Both the position numbers and the translations under genes were made by a program. Positions 23,598 to 37,512 of a DNA stretch of 64,000 nt are shown piece by piece. This DNA comes from Octopus sinensis (lineage: Eukaryota). How positions within the stretch are numbered: the first letter of the stretch is position 1; every line of letters starts with the position of its first letter. The stretch lies in NCBI RefSeq assembly GCF_006345805.1, contig NC_043003.1, forward strand, positions 16,926,001 through 16,990,000, in the 5' to 3' direction. The notes beneath the pieces are model-generated. The model worked only from the letters and a program-made list of their open reading frames with translations. It was not told where the DNA came from and searched no databases.

Positions 23598-23824
23598 TTT
23601 CTTTATTACCCCCCAGGGGCTAAACATAGAGGGGACAAACAAGGACAGACAAACGAATAAATTCGATTACATCGACCCCAGTGCGTAACTGGTACTTAAT
23701 TTATCGACCTCGAAAGGATGAAAGGTAAAGTCGACCTCGGTGGAATTTGAACTCAGAACGTAACGTCAGACGAAATACGGCTACGCATTTCGCCCGGCAT
23801 GCTAACGTTTCTACCAGCTCGCCG
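23598..23824 (-). mobile_element. SINE-B monomer
   Basis: Colinear with 10224-10456. Confidence 0.9.
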
Positions 23825-23899
23825 GATATATATTAAGATATTCACATCTACATTGCTCAAGGAATATTATGAAGTAAAATACGAAACGCTCAAGTAATA

Positions 23900-24150
23900 A
23901 TTTTTATTGTGTCAGCGCTTAGCTTTTAGATCTTCCACTGTCGCCAGTACAGCGAGGTTTCTCCAAATATTCTGACTACTCGCGTTTCTCTTAGCTCCAC
24001 AAGGGCCGATTTCCATGGCTATCAACTTGTCCTAAAAAGTATGGTATCACGTTTTCCTTGAACTTCTCGTTGTTTCCCCCCTGTTGGTGTCCACTCCATC
24101 ACGATAGTAGTACATCTCTCTGCGGTAATCGATCACAAGTTATTCACAAT
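23900..24150 (-). pseudogene. Possible highly degenerate LINE ORF C-terminus
   Basis: Minus-strand fragments DRLPQR and IVMEWTPTGGKQR recall the RTE/L2-type terminal motif. Broken by stops and frameshifts. Confidence 0.3.
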
Positions 24151-24622
24151 ACTGTGTGAGTTCGAAGGACTGAAATAAAGTTAATATTAGAAAGCCTAGA
24201 TGTTAGTGAAGCATAAGAATGTTAACAGACTTTTCTATGCTTTGGATCTGCAGAAAATTAGAATTTAGTCTCCTACAGGACCGTTTCATGGTGAGTTGAT
24301 TGCTCCTCAGAGAAGACAACCCACTTTTCTTCTCTAGTATCCGTAGCATAGAATATTCAGATGCTTTATTAAACATTCATAAATTATACAAGCACATTTT
24401 GACTGAGGTAGATCCGTCTGTGTTCTTTTACATATCATCATTCTGAGACTTTAGTTTCTTTGTACAATTCTAGTCCAATATCATTTGAATAACACTTTGT
24501 TAAGTCAGGACATTTTGCTGACAATTTTCCATCTTCAAACTTTTCAGAAATAATAATTTACAATCTTGTAAGCGAGAAAATTTAGCTATTTCTGTAATTA
24601 GGCAATTAATATTCTTCTTATT

Positions 24623-24856
24623 TCTTTACTGCCTACAAGGGGCTACACGCAGAGGGGACAAACAAGGACAAACAAACAGATTAAGTCGATTATATCGACC
24701 CCAGTACGTAATTGGTACTTAATTTATCGACCCTGAAAGGATGAAAGGCAAAGTCGACCTCGGCAGAATTTGAACTCAGAACGTAACGGCAGACGAAATA
24801 CGGCTAAGCATTTCGCCCGGCGTGCTAACGTTTCTGCCAGCGGCGAGCTGGCAGAA
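24623..24856 (-). mobile_element. SINE-B monomer with inverted 5' tip
   Basis: TSD ATTCTTCTTATT at 24611 and 24857. Segment 24841-24856 is head sequence in the opposite orientation. Confidence 0.85.
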
Positions 24857-25416
24857 ATTCTTCTTATTACGACAAATTTCCCGCTCGACAATCAATCCTA
24901 TATCAGCTGCATTTTCTGGAGGATTCTTTTACGACACAGTTTTATTTTACTTGTTTATTCCAATGTTTCTCATTGACTATTGCTCATTCAAAATACTTTT
25001 TGACAAAACTTAAAAATTCTTAATATGAATTCATCAATTTGTCTTTCAATTAACCTTCATCAACATGTGTTTATTTTTGAATCCTGAAGACATATCTGCA
25101 CTCGACTGACAGATGATAAAATGATTTCTTCAAAATATGTAAAAGTACAAGAAAAAATCAAACGTAAGCTCATGTTGCAGTATATTATGTGAATATTGTT
25201 ATGTGTCATCCGTGTTGCTATTCTCATCTAATTGCTCTAACAGTCACAGAACTTCCTCTAGTGTGTAATGTGCAATATTTATTGTTCCTTCTCATGCACT
25301 CCTCTGTGTTTCTGATTCATGCTTATCAGAAATCTTAAACTCCTGATGCAGTTCGTCACATCGCGTTGTTGAATGAACAAAGACACTATAAATAGATTCA
25401 GTCATGCAACACGAAG

Positions 25417-25630
25417 GTGGAGGCGCGTGGCTTAGTGGTTAGGATGTCAGCATCATGATCGTAAGATTGTGGTTTCGTATCCTGGACCGGGCGACGCGTT
25501 GTATTCTTGAGCGAAACACTTCATTTCACGTTGCTTCAGTCCATGAGTAACGCTGCGATGGACTGGCGTCCCGTCCAGCTGGGGGAACATGTACGCCATT
25601 GAGCCTGGCTAGGCTTTAAAAGGGCGCATT
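25417..25630 (+). mobile_element. SINE-D
   Basis: A box TGGCTTAGTGG, B-box-like GGTTTCGTATCC. TSD ATGCAACA(C/T)GAAG at 25404 and 25644. Confidence 0.85.
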
Positions 25631-25832
25631 TATTTTTATTATTATGCAACATGAAGACATACTAATTTTAAACTATTGTTGTTATACTTTATAAACACTA
25701 TAGAAATATCTGTTTAGAATTCTTTAGAATTCTGGCAGATGACCTGGCATGAAAACAACATCATCATAATTGTATAAACAACAATCGCTTAATAACATCC
25801 CACCAGCTTTGATATCGCTTTTTTTATTTAAT

Positions 25833-26035
25833 TCTTTTTTTACTTGTTTCAGTCATTTGACTGTGGTCATGCTGGTGCATCGCCTTTTAATCGAGCAAAT
25901 CGACCCCAGGACTTATTCTTTGTAACCCTAGTACTTATTCTATCGGTTTCTTTTGCTGGACTGCTAAGTTACAGGGACGTAAACACACCAGCATCGGTTG
26001 TCAATCGATGTTGGGGGGGGGCAAAGACAGACACA

Positions 26036-26108
<73 letters not shown>

Positions 26109-26283
26109 TATACATATATACGACGGGCTTCTTTCAGTTTCCGTCTACCAAATCCACCCACAAGGCTTTGGTCGGCCAGAGGCTATAGTAAAAGACACTT
26201 GCCCAAGGTGCCACGCAGTGGGACTGAACCCGGAACCATGTGGTCGGCAAGCAAGCTACTTACCACACAGCCACTCCTGTGCC
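25833..26283 (-). mobile_element. SINE-A
   Basis: Full length with an expanded internal (CA)/(TA) tract. Confidence 0.9.
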
Positions 26284-26571
26284 TATATATCTTGACAGAA
26301 AAATAAAAGACAACATAAGAACGATATTGCTTTATGTTTACGAGAATATACCAGTTAGGAACGAATGTCTTCTCCATTCAGAGAGTTTGAGCAAAAACAA
26401 AATCACATGATGTCTAACTTTGACATCAATAGGATCTTCTTTATGTTGACATCCATTGCTCTAACTTTAACAATTTATGTGCGATGTACACATCCTGACT
26501 GCTGAGGCTGTTGTATCAGCTGTCAGAGAACAACTGTCAACGGGTATAATTATTGTAATTTTCAACAAAAG

Positions 26572-26820
26572 TGGAGGCGCGCGGCTTAGTGGTTAGGATG
26601 TCAGCCTCATGATCGTAAGATTGTGGTTTCGATCCCTGGACCGGGCGACGCGTTGTGTTCTTGAGCAAAACACTTCATTTCACGTTGCTCCAGTCCACTC
26701 AGCTGGCAAAAATGAGTAACACTGCGATGGACTGGCATCCCGTCCAGCTGGGGAACACATACGCCATTGAAACCGGGAAACCGGGCCCATGAGCCTGGCT
26801 ATGCTTTAAAAGGGTGCATT
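26572..26820 (+). mobile_element. SINE-D between about 165 bp direct repeats
   Basis: Homolog of 25417-25630. Flanks 26405-26571 and 26846-27008 are diverged direct copies. Confidence 0.85.
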
Positions 26821-27599
26821 TGTCTAACTTTGCCATCAATAGGATCATGATTTCTAACTTTGACATCAATTGGATCTTTTTTATGTTGACATCCATTGCT
26901 CCAACTTTAACAATTTATGTGCGTTGTACACGTCTTGACTGCTGAACATGTATCAAATGTCAGAGAACAACTGTCAACGGGTATACTTATTGTAATTTTC
27001 ATCAAAAGAAAAAAAAGCCTCTTCATTTCAAATGAACCAACACTCTTATTTTGTCCTATTTGCTGCCATCAAAAGGAATTGACGCTGGTTTACTTGCGTC
27101 ATCACTTCTAGTAACGAAAGCTCTCATCAGCTTGCAGGTTTCACCATCAAAGCTGCATGCATGCTGTGCACGTCTTATGCGTCCCTGTATTCCATTTTCT
27201 TTCTCAGCACAGTGAGGTAAAATAATAAATTGGTAGATACCGAATACACTATTCAATCATAAGACAAACGACCAGTTGATTTCAAAGCAAACGTGACGTC
27301 AGCATTCAACGTTTTTTGATGCCGAAAGAGTTGAATTAATAACGTATATTAAAATGATGTCCGGAAGGACACGGGCAGGGATCTTTAAGAGTCTCTTTGT
27401 GTACGGGTTGATCGTATAAACAGTTAAATAAATCATAACAACAATTCAACAATCATTTTAAAGGTACGGTTGACTAGTCATAATTGTCTCAGTAATATAA
27501 ATGTGTCTGTTCTTGTTCTACACAAGCGATTGAAAATTTTGGCTTATTTTACAAAATTTTGTTCATTTGCACAATATAACAACAGCAACAACAATAATA

Positions 27600-28187
27600 A
27601 TAATAATCTTTTCTACGATAGATACAAGGCCTGAAATCTTGGGGGAGGGGACCAGTTGATTAGATAGATCCCAGTACACAACTGGTACTTAACCTATCGA
27701 CCCCGAAAGGATGAAAGGCAAAGTCGACCTCGGCAGAATTTGAACTCAGAACGTAGTGGCAGACGAAATACCTATTTCTTTACTACCCACAAGGGGCTAA
27801 ACACAGGGGACGAACAAGGACAGACAAACGGATTATGTCGATTATATTGACCCCAGTGCGTTACTGGTACTTGATTTATCGACCCCGAAAGGATGAAAGG
27901 CAAAGTCGACCTCGGCGAAATTTGAACTCAGAACGTAACGGCAGACGAAATACCTATTTCTTTACTACCCACAAGGGGCTAAACATAGAGGGGACAAACA
28001 AGGACAGACAAACGGATTAAGTCGATTATATTGACACCAGTGGGTAACTGGTACTTATTTAATCGAACCCGAAAGGATGAAAGGCAAAGTCGACTTCGGC
28101 GGAATTTGAACTCAGAACGTAATGACAGACGAAATACCGCAAAGCATTTCGCCCGGCGTGCTAAAGATTCTGCCAACTCACTACCTT
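27600..28187 (-). mobile_element. SINE-B trimer whose last unit has an alternative tail
   Basis: Junctions GAAATACCTATTTCTTTAC near 27770 and 27950. The terminal unit ends in a different tail plus (ATT)n. Confidence 0.85.
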
Positions 28188-28667
28188 GATAATTATAATT
28201 GTTTAATTGTTTTTTTTTTCTGCAAGCAACGTTGCCTCCAGAAACTTGACATATTTCAACAAAAAATAGTCTCAAACATAACATTCCTCAACAAAAGATA
28301 GATTGTTATATAAACTGCTTTCCGCAGTTAAGTGTAATGTAATTTTGAGTGGATATACCTGGACTCCACATTAAAAGGGTTGATAATTGTTCTAAATAAA
28401 TGGCATGAACTTAGAGTTGTCACATATTTAGAAAGAGATAGGATGCAATCTTATAGAAAATGCATGAGAAAGCCAAAATCTGTAAGCAGGCTCAAAGAAT
28501 TTATGCTGAATTCATATACATGATAAGATAGGAACTGGTGTATTGTAACTAGTCTATTAATATCTAACATTCTTGCCAAAACTCTTTTTTTTTCTAAATT
28601 AGTATAATTAATTTTGATTATAAATAATAAAATAAATATTAAAAGAATATGCTGACAGCCATACTCT

Positions 28668-29077
28668 CTCTTTTTTACTCTTTTTACTTGTTTCAGTCAT
28701 TTGACTGCGGCTATGCTGGAGCACCGCCTTTAGTCGAGCAAATCGACCCCGGGACTTATTCTTTGTAAGCCCAATACTTGTTCTATCGGTCTCTTTTGCC
28801 GAACCGCTAAGTTACGGAGACGTAAAAACACCAGCATCGGTTGTCAAGCAATGCTAGGGGAACAAACACAGACACACAAACATACACGCACACACACATA
28901 TATATACATATATACAACGGGCTTCTTTCAGTTTCCGTTTACCAAATCCACTCACAAGGCATTGGTCGGCCCGGGGCTATAGCAGAAGACACGTGCCCAA
29001 GATGCCACGCAGTGGGACTGAACCCGGAACCATGTGGTTGGTTAGCAAGCTACTTACCAAACAGCCTCTCCTGCGCC
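28668..29077 (-). mobile_element. SINE-A
   Basis: Full length with the tandem GTAAAAAGAG tail. Confidence 0.9.
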
Positions 29078-29428
29078 ATATTAATTTTTTGTAAAATGAC
29101 GTCACAGAATACGTCATTGCTTTTTTTGCATTGCAGCCGAACAATGCACATTTTCTTCTTTTGCATTGCAGTCAGTAGATATTTTTGACAGCCCACTACT
29201 TTAACTCATGCAGTCTTTCTCAATTGTAATCTGTCCAAAATAATTAACTATGCATTACCAATCTATTAAATTAACACTCTCATGTAAGATATTAAGATTT
29301 AATTAAACAAACGCACGTAAGGTAATAAAGATTAATGATAGTAAAGCGAATTAATGAATAATGTTCTTCACATACACATTATCCCGCGGCATTTGTCAGT
29401 GAATTTCAAAAGCTCTTCTGCAGATACA

Positions 29429-29820
29429 TCTTTATATATAAAAGTGAGGTTGTGTACTGTCTGTCTCCTACGATTTAGATTCCTAACTACTCCCACATTT
29501 TGCGGTGCAGTTTAACCAAAACCGGGTATCTTATAGTCATGATTCATATCGAGCCCTTCTGGGTATTAGCGCGCGTCTACGATGAGTCTACGATTTTAAA
29601 AATAATTTACCATCAATTTTTCCCATTTTTAACGTATTTTGGCATATATAAGGGAAGTAACTCTCTAAAAATTAATTAAATCTCAGAACGTAAAAAGCTA
29701 CAGTAACACCCCCCCTTTGTGGTTAGCCACATTGAGATGGCTATTATACTTTACATCTCTAAAAATGTTTATATAGTTATTTCCCTTACAAACCCGAGCA
29801 ACGCCGGGCGATACTGCTAG
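29429..29820 (+). mobile_element. Non-autonomous Helitron
   Basis: A|TCTTTATATATAAAAG ... CCCGAGCAACGCCGGG (hairpin) CGATACTGCTAG|T. The last about 60 bp match 14265-14330. Confidence 0.85.
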
Positions 29821-30157
29821 TTTAAAACAAATCTACCGAAATTATGGTGGACTGTTTCCATAGAAATAACGTAAGACAGTTCGCATTTATTTAAGGTATA
29901 AAAGTTGTATTAAAATAAACAGGCAGAAGAGATTTATCTTGCGCTCTTTTACATCTGTGACCATGGCCACTCCTTCGCTCTCACCCCCTCTTGTCATTAC
30001 TCTAGATGAAACCAGTTTATAAAAAAAACAAACACATTTTAGATTTTTTAGAAAGAGCAATTCAAATTATAGAAATATTTGTGGAAGCAAGTTATAATTA
30101 TTTAATTTCATACTCAATTTATTGAGATTATAGGTGCAGATTATAGGAGAGATTATA

Positions 30158-30296
30158 GGCGCAGGAGTGGCTGTGTGGCAAGTAGCTTGCTTACCAACCA
30201 CATGGTTCCGGGTTCAGTCCAACTGCGTGGCACCTTGGACAAGTGTCTTCTACTGTAGTCAAATTACTGAAACATGTAAAAGAGTAAAAGAGTAAA
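30158..30296 (+). mobile_element. SINE-A with a large internal deletion
   Basis: Head joined directly to the tail AGTCAAATTACTGAAACATGTAAAAGAGTAAAAGAG. Confidence 0.85.
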
Positions 30297-31661
30297 GGGT
30301 AGTTATAATAAAAACGTCTCAATTTAAAGAAGGCGTTATTTCATAAATAGGGAAGGTGGGAAAATAATCATAGTCATTTAATTTAGAGAAGCCAATCGCA
30401 TGAAATAGTTAAGTGAGCAAATTATGTTAAATTTAGAGAACATTAAAGAAAACAAACTAGAAATAATTACGTAGTTACGAAAACAACCCAACTTTAGCCA
30501 ATTACTAACACCATTTTATGTAATTCTCCAAGAATGGGAGACAACTACAAACACGTTTGTTCTTAGTTTGACCTCATCAGCGACGCAAAGACTTCACCTT
30601 ATTATCTTGTACTGGAAGCTTTCATTCAAAATATTAGTAGAAATTGTCACGTAACATCTGAATAAAAATATATTAGCATTCTATGAATTTTGAGGATGAG
30701 CTATTTCCAGAAATACAGAAAGCCAGAAAATTAATTATAGTCATTTAGGTTTACCACTGAGAGAGAGGAAGAAGAGTTTTATAAGGATGGTAGATAATAA
30801 TAGACTAGTTACAATACACCAGTTGCTATCTTATCATTTATATGGATTCAGCATAAATTCTTTGAACCTGCTGGCAGGTTTTGTTTTTCGCATGCATATT
30901 TTGTTAGGTTGCATCGTCACTATCTCGCAGTTAACAATACCCTCTTTATCGCCTTCATTCTGTCTGTTTGTTTCTCTCTTTCTACTTTTCTCTTTTTATT
31001 TCTCACCCTCTCATCATCTTTTAACTGCGCACCAACTATTACACACTATTTTTTTTTTATTTTGAAGAATTATACTCTATATTATTTCTTCATGCCAAGC
31101 GTTTTCCATGCTTCCATTATATTAATTTATATTGTTGAATTCAACCTTAACAGCATAAATCCTATCCACTGCTGTACCTTCTCCCATCCGAGAGAGTATC
31201 TAAGAACAATGAAGAGTATTTTAACTTTTTAAACTTCTTTTAGCGGAAAAGCAACCAGGAAAAGTATTTTTGAGACCTACTGCTAAATTCCACAATGATA
31301 CCTGACAAAGACACAAGCCTACATTTTTTGAGGGGTTATGAACGACAATTTAAAATCTAATTAATTCTAAATAATTGACTGAGAGATAAAAGATATAGTC
31401 GACGTCGGTGGAATTTGAACACAGAACAATGGGACATAAAATTTTGCTCTACACTCTACCGATTTTTAACAAAAGAAGTTGTCATAAAATATTTGGTTTC
31501 GATAAAATATTTATTAGGGTGACTTTCTATTAGAAGTGAGTAAAGAAACCATAAGATATAGTCGACCTTGCTGGAATTTGAACTCAGAAAATAATGGGAC
31601 GTAAAATTCTGCTCCACACACTACCGAGTTTTGACAAAAGATATTAAAATAAAAATAGTTG

Positions 31662-32080
31662 GGATCTTTTCAGTTTGAACGGCAGTTTTTTCTAGCGGTG
31701 TCATATGAAATTGTCACCCATAATTATGACCCTAGTATCGATCTATTGCATTTCAATCTCTTTTAGGGTTAGGGTTGGTTAGGGTTAGGGTTAGGGGTGG
31801 GGGGAAGGGTATATTTTTTTCTTCAGAAATGTAAATAAACCCAATCTGTTTCTTAAACGAGGGACATTTTCATACGGCACAGAATGTTTTCAACTCAATA
31901 CACGTCATTGATTGGTTGAAATTGCAGAAATTGAAGAAAAACAACAACTATAGAATTTTCTCAATAAAACCAAAGAGAAGAAGATGTTTTATAAACACAT
32001 TCTACCAGTATACGAAGTTTAAACGTGTTTAGTTACGTGGAAATTATTTAAAAAAACTGCCGTTCAAACCGAAAAGATCC
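31662..32080 (-). mobile_element. Merlin-like MITE, copy 2, both TIRs intact
   Basis: About 30 bp TIRs GGATCTTTTC(A/G)GTTTGAACGGCAGTTTTTT. Decayed TSD AATAGTTG / AATGTTG. (TTAGGG)n at 31763-31796. Confidence 0.85.
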
Positions 32081-32979
32081 AATGTTGCAAAACATTTGGT
32101 TTCGATAAAACACTTAATATGGCGACTTGTTATTAGATGTAAGTAAAGAACCAATAAGAAACTTTAAACTTAGAAAAATAAATGGACACTGGGTGCAACA
32201 GTAAATCTGATTCTAAGTCAGATCGTACTTCACTGCATGTTCTAACATGGTCTCAGGATGATCGATCCCTTGTGAGGTGTGAGAGAAACTTGGCAGTGGT
32301 AGAGAGAAACTGCAATACAAATTTTAGCTGGTGTTGCTTGTGTAGTCACTAGATAAACGTAAACGAATGTTTAAACAAACTTTTATGAGCAGAAAAGGAG
32401 TGTAAAAAAAAAAAAAGGTTTCATTAGTACCAATCTTGGAGAAATTGGATACTTGTATTAAAAGCCATCACTAAAACGGAAAATCCGATTTGCATAAATA
32501 GCGCTTTGCTTGTAGCAAAGCAATTATTGATGCACTAAGCAATATTTTATGGACAATGTAAATGTATATCATTTTTAGGAATCCAAATTTTAACCGGTGA
32601 ATTGCAGAGATGGGATTTCTGTAAAATGAATCTATGATTCGGTTTAGGTTCTTAATAAATTTCATTAGATTAAGAAATTTTAAGGTAGCAGCAGCAGCAG
32701 TAGTAGTAGTAGTAGTGTCTATAAAATCTGCAAACGAAAATTTTGCACTACTACTGAGTGGATTGTTGTGGTTGCCATCAAATGTAATTTTTGGAACCAC
32801 ATCATCAAATGGCTCATAGGCGCTATTTGAGGATATTTGGTTGCTATCTCTTGCTGGTTGGAGCATAGAATATATTTGTAATATGTGTAAAAGTAGTAGC
32901 CGAGATACATTTTAGAGTCTGTGCTTTAGCTCTGCTTTAGAATTGCTTAATAATTTATATTCTATCTTTTATATCTTAT

Positions 32980-33189
32980 TATTTTTCAGTCATTAGATAG
33001 GGGCCCTTCTGGGGCAACGCATTGAAGAACTTTTAGTCGAATGAATCGACCCAGTACTTATTTTTTGAAAGCCTGGTACTTATTTATCCGTCTCTTTTGC
33101 TGAAATACTATGTTATAAGGACATAAACACACAAACACAGGTTGTCAAGCGGTGGCGGGGTACAAACACAGACACAAACTCACACACAC

Positions 33190-33238
<49 letters not shown>

Positions 33239-33411
33239 CGAGGGCCTCTTACAGTTTCCGTCTATCATATCCCCCAACAAGGCTTTGGTGGGTCCGAGAC
33301 TATGGCGTAAGATACTTGGCGTAAGATACTTGGCAAAAGTGCCACACAGTGGGATTGAAACCAGGACCATGTGGTTAGGAAGAAAACTTCTTACTACACA
33401 GCCACACCTGT
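32980..33411 (-). mobile_element. Diverged SINE-A
   Basis: Colinear with younger copies, including the internal (CA)/(TA) tract. Confidence 0.75.
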
Positions 33412-33775
33412 TCTTATGTGTCTAATTTTAACTTAAAATATTACATTCACACCGATTATGGCGGATGATTTAGTGCAACCGATACAGTAGCCGTTCTGTG
33501 TATTTAATTTGACTCCTCACTCTCCTAGGTTGATAAACTAGTATAATAGGTCAATCCAATCAGTGATGTACTTTTACGCCAACAAAGAATTTTTTCATGC
33601 TAAAAAAATTCGGTAAAATCTGTATTTAATTATTATCTAGTCTTACACGATTTCTTTGATGTAGCCCGATTTATAAATAACGCATTAAAAGTAAATAATA
33701 CACCACTGTGCTCAATTATTCAGAAACTCTATCTAGTAATAATTAAATTAGTCTATCTACCAGTAATTAAATATA

Positions 33776-33939
33776 AGCACAGGAGTGGCTGTGTGGTAAG
33801 TAGCTTGCTTACCAACCATATGGTCCCGGGTTCATTCCCACTGCGTGACACCTACTAGTGTCTTCTACTATAGCCTCGGGCCGACCGAAGCCTTGTGAGT
33901 GGATTTGGTAGACGGAAACTGAAAGAAGCCCGTCGTATA

Positions 33940-34000
<61 letters not shown>

Positions 34001-34204
34001 TTGTGTTTGTCCTCCCCAACATCGCTTGACAACCGATGCTGGTGTGTTTACGTCCCCGTAACTTAGCGCTTCGGCAAAAAAGACCGATAGAATAAGAACT
34101 AGGCTTACAAAGAATAAGCTCTGGGGTCGATTTGCTCTACTATAAAGGCGGTGCTCCAGCATGGCCGCAGTCAAATGACTGAAACAAGAAAAGAGTAAAA
34201 GAGT
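33776..34204 (+). mobile_element. SINE-A
   Basis: Full length. Confidence 0.9.
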
Positions 34205-35737
34205 TCGTGTTATCAAGTTTAATATAAATGAAGGTCAAAACTCTAAAAGTATTTATGAAGCGAGGAAATAGAAGATCAACTCACTTGTTAGTATTATTGT
34301 ATGCACCACATGTTCTTATGAGAGTTTCTCTCAAAGTAAATAACGCAGTATTCTGTGTTCTAACACAACCACCACGTTAAGTTGGAGATCAAGATTACCT
34401 TTTGGTACTAATACTATTTCTGCCGCTATTAATTATTAATTATTATTTTAATCCTTTTTAGCTTGTACGGAAGAAAACTACAGATATGTTTTGCTATCAT
34501 TTGACTCCCTCAGCGAAGCATATACTTCCCCGTACCTGCCGAAGTAATGACGAGAGAGTCATTATGTGCATATATAATTTTTATCCTATGACATGAAGGC
34601 TATCATGTTAAGTCTTGTGATCATCTGATGTTTTAACGTTGTAAGAAGGTTGCATCAGAATATCATATCATACATGTTACATAAATTGCATTGGCATAAA
34701 TTAATTAGTTCTATGACAGATCGTTGCACAAAGCGAACATCTTCAGGCTGTGTCGATTTAGTGGAACAAACCCAGTCTAGAGTTAAGTATTAGGTTACAT
34801 TTCTAGCGCAACCTTTACTATGTAATCACAACCGCTACTTCATTTGTGGTTACAACATACAAGTTTATGTCATAAAGAGCATTCTGAAATTGCATCTCTT
34901 TCTAAAGTGGTTGTGCATTAATCACTTCTATCTGTTTTGTTGCCACTAATGAATATTAGTAGGATACATTCCGCTTCGAATTTAAAAGTGGATAATGTTT
35001 CAATTCTCGTTCTGCTTTAGATGGATTACCAAGATTATACTAAGACACATTAGCGTTATTTTAGCGGTGGCAAAATGCCACTACATTTCAATAACTATGA
35101 AAATTTGAAACGATTACGGTTTCTTTTTAACACTATACCGCCAGTATGTTTTACATCTATGGCAATTTTAGTCTTGTAAATTTGATATTTTGTATCTGTC
35201 ACCAAAGATTTTACGAAATACAAAACTGTTTGAAAACAGCTAATTCAAGCTATTTTTTCGTGCGACAAAATTTGTATGGAATATCTTTTATATAATTTCC
35301 ATCTTTTATATTCGAAATTGTAGATCTAATTATAATATATACAAACCATAAATATTGTTACAGATGTAAACAAAAGATATATTCTGAATTCCGCAGATCA
35401 TAGTTCATTGTTTAAAAAAGACGAAAAATCTCAAAGAGATGTTTGAAGTCAATGAAACTTAAAAGATCAATAACTTTTATATAGATATGGTTAACAGCGT
35501 CGGTTTAAATTTGTACTATATATGTAGAAAAAGTTGGGGGATACCAGCAAACACAGGTTGCCTTGTGGTTAAGTTGTTGGACTCGTGATTATAAGAGCGC
35601 GTGTTTGATTCCTGGATCGGGTGGCGCGTTTTATCATTGAGCTAGGAAATTCCATTTTGCCTTTTTTCAATCTATTCAGTTGGGAATGAAGTCAAGTCAA
35701 TTACAGGAGCAGCTTTCTCTTCCTCCGGCTTCCACAT

Positions 35738-36524
35738 TCTTATTTCTTTGTTGCCCACAAGGGGCTAAACATAGAGGGGACAAACAAGGACAGACAAAGG
35801 TATTAAGTCGATTACATCGACCCCAGTGCGTAACTGGTACTCAATTTATCGACCCCGAAAGGATGAAAAGCAAAGTCGACCTCGGCGGAATTTTAACTCA
35901 GAACGTAAAGGCAGACGAAATACCTATTTCTTTACTACCCACAAGGGGCTAAACACAGAGAGGACAAACAAGGACAGACAAACGGATTAAGTCGATTATA
36001 TCGATCCCAGCGCGTACCTAGTACTTAATTTATCGACCCCGAAGGGATGAAAGGCAAAGTCGTCCTCGACGGAATTTGAACTCAGAACGTAACGGCAGAC
36101 GAAATACCTATTTCTTTACTACCCACAAGGGGCTAAACACAGAGAGGACAAACAAGGACAGACAAACGGATTAAGTCTATTATATTGACCCCAGTGCGTT
36201 GCGTAACTGGTACTTATTTAATCGACCCCGAAAAGATGAAAGGCAAAGTCGATTTCGGCGGAATTTAAACTCAGAACGTAACGCAGACGTAATACCTATT
36301 TCTTTACTACCCACAAGGGGCTAAACACAGAGAGGACGAACAAGAACAGACAAAAGGATTAAGTCGATTATATCGACCCCAGTGCGTAACTGGTACTTAT
36401 TTAGTCTACCTCGAAAGGATGAAAGGCAAAGTCGACCTCGGCGGAATTTGAACTCAGAACGTAACGGCAGACGAAATACCGCTCAGCATTTCGCCTGGCG
36501 TGCTAACGATTCTGCCAGCTCGCC
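35738..36524 (-). mobile_element. SINE-B tetramer
   Basis: Junctions near 35922, 36105 and 36292; single head at 36478-36524. Flanking TTCCACA(T/C)TCT at 35730 and 36530. Confidence 0.9.
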
Positions 36525-36596
36525 AACCGTTCCACACTCTGATGAGCCCAAAGTGAAAGGGTATGATGGTTCGTGACTAAATAGGAATCTGTGGAA

Positions 36597-36979
36597 GCAC
36601 TCCGTCGGCTACGACGACGAGGGTTCCGGTTGATCCGAATCAACGGAACAGCCGGCTCGTGAGATTAACGTGTAAGTGGCTGAGCACTCCACAGACACGT
36701 GTACCCTTAACGTAGTTCTCGGGGGATATTCAGCGTGACACAGAGAGTGACAAGGCCGGCCCTTTGAAATACAGGTACAACAGAAACAGGAAGTAAGAGT
36801 GAGAGAAAGTTGTGGTGAAAGAGTACAGCAGGGATCACCACCATCCCCTGCCGGAGCCTCGTGGAGTTTTAGGTGTTTTCGCTCAATAAACACTCACAAC
36901 GTCCGCCGTTCTGGGAATCGAAACCGCGATCTTATGACCGCGAGTCCGCTGCCCTAACCACTGGGCCATTGAGCCTCCA
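36597..36979 (-). mobile_element. SINE-C, full length
   Basis: A box TGGCCCAGTGGTTAGGGC, B box GGTTTCGATTCC. Perfect 12-bp TSD AAATAGGAATCT at 36579 and 36980. Confidence 0.92.
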
Positions 36980-37250
36980 AAATAGGAATCTAAACAGTTG
37001 CTGAAATCACGGTTCACGTAACCGTTACTCTACTGAGTAACGGCCATGTTTTTTTTACTCTACATTTTATATCGCTTCTCGCCTCTCGTCCAGAATATAA
37101 TAAACTCATTCCTTATTGTATTATTGTTGCTACTCAAGAATTTCAGTAACACATATAACGGAAGGCAAGGTTTACGATATCGGAAGAACATCGTCTTCTT
37201 CCATCATCTTTTTGTTCTTCGACTGTCTGTCTGTCTGCCTGCCTGCCTGC

Positions 37251-37334
<84 letters not shown>

Positions 37335-37441
37335 GGGTGAATGTAGCAAGGATGGCACATATGAATGACGAAGCCACCTTGAGAATGATCCTATGAACGA
37401 TAAAAATTTAATACAGAGAGTTACTTATTTAAAAAAAAATG

Positions 37442-37512
<71 letters not shown>

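Noticed and set aside
35738-36524. Regular repeat arrays (also 13673 and 27600) as CRISPR-like loci
   Set aside because: Units are about 185 bp, fully repeated with no unique spacers, carry a tRNA-derived head and TSDs, and no cas genes are present.
36900-36979. tRNA genes at A/B-box sequences (many sites)
   Set aside because: Each continues into a SINE body and tail, and I could not fold a complete cloverleaf with an acceptor stem.
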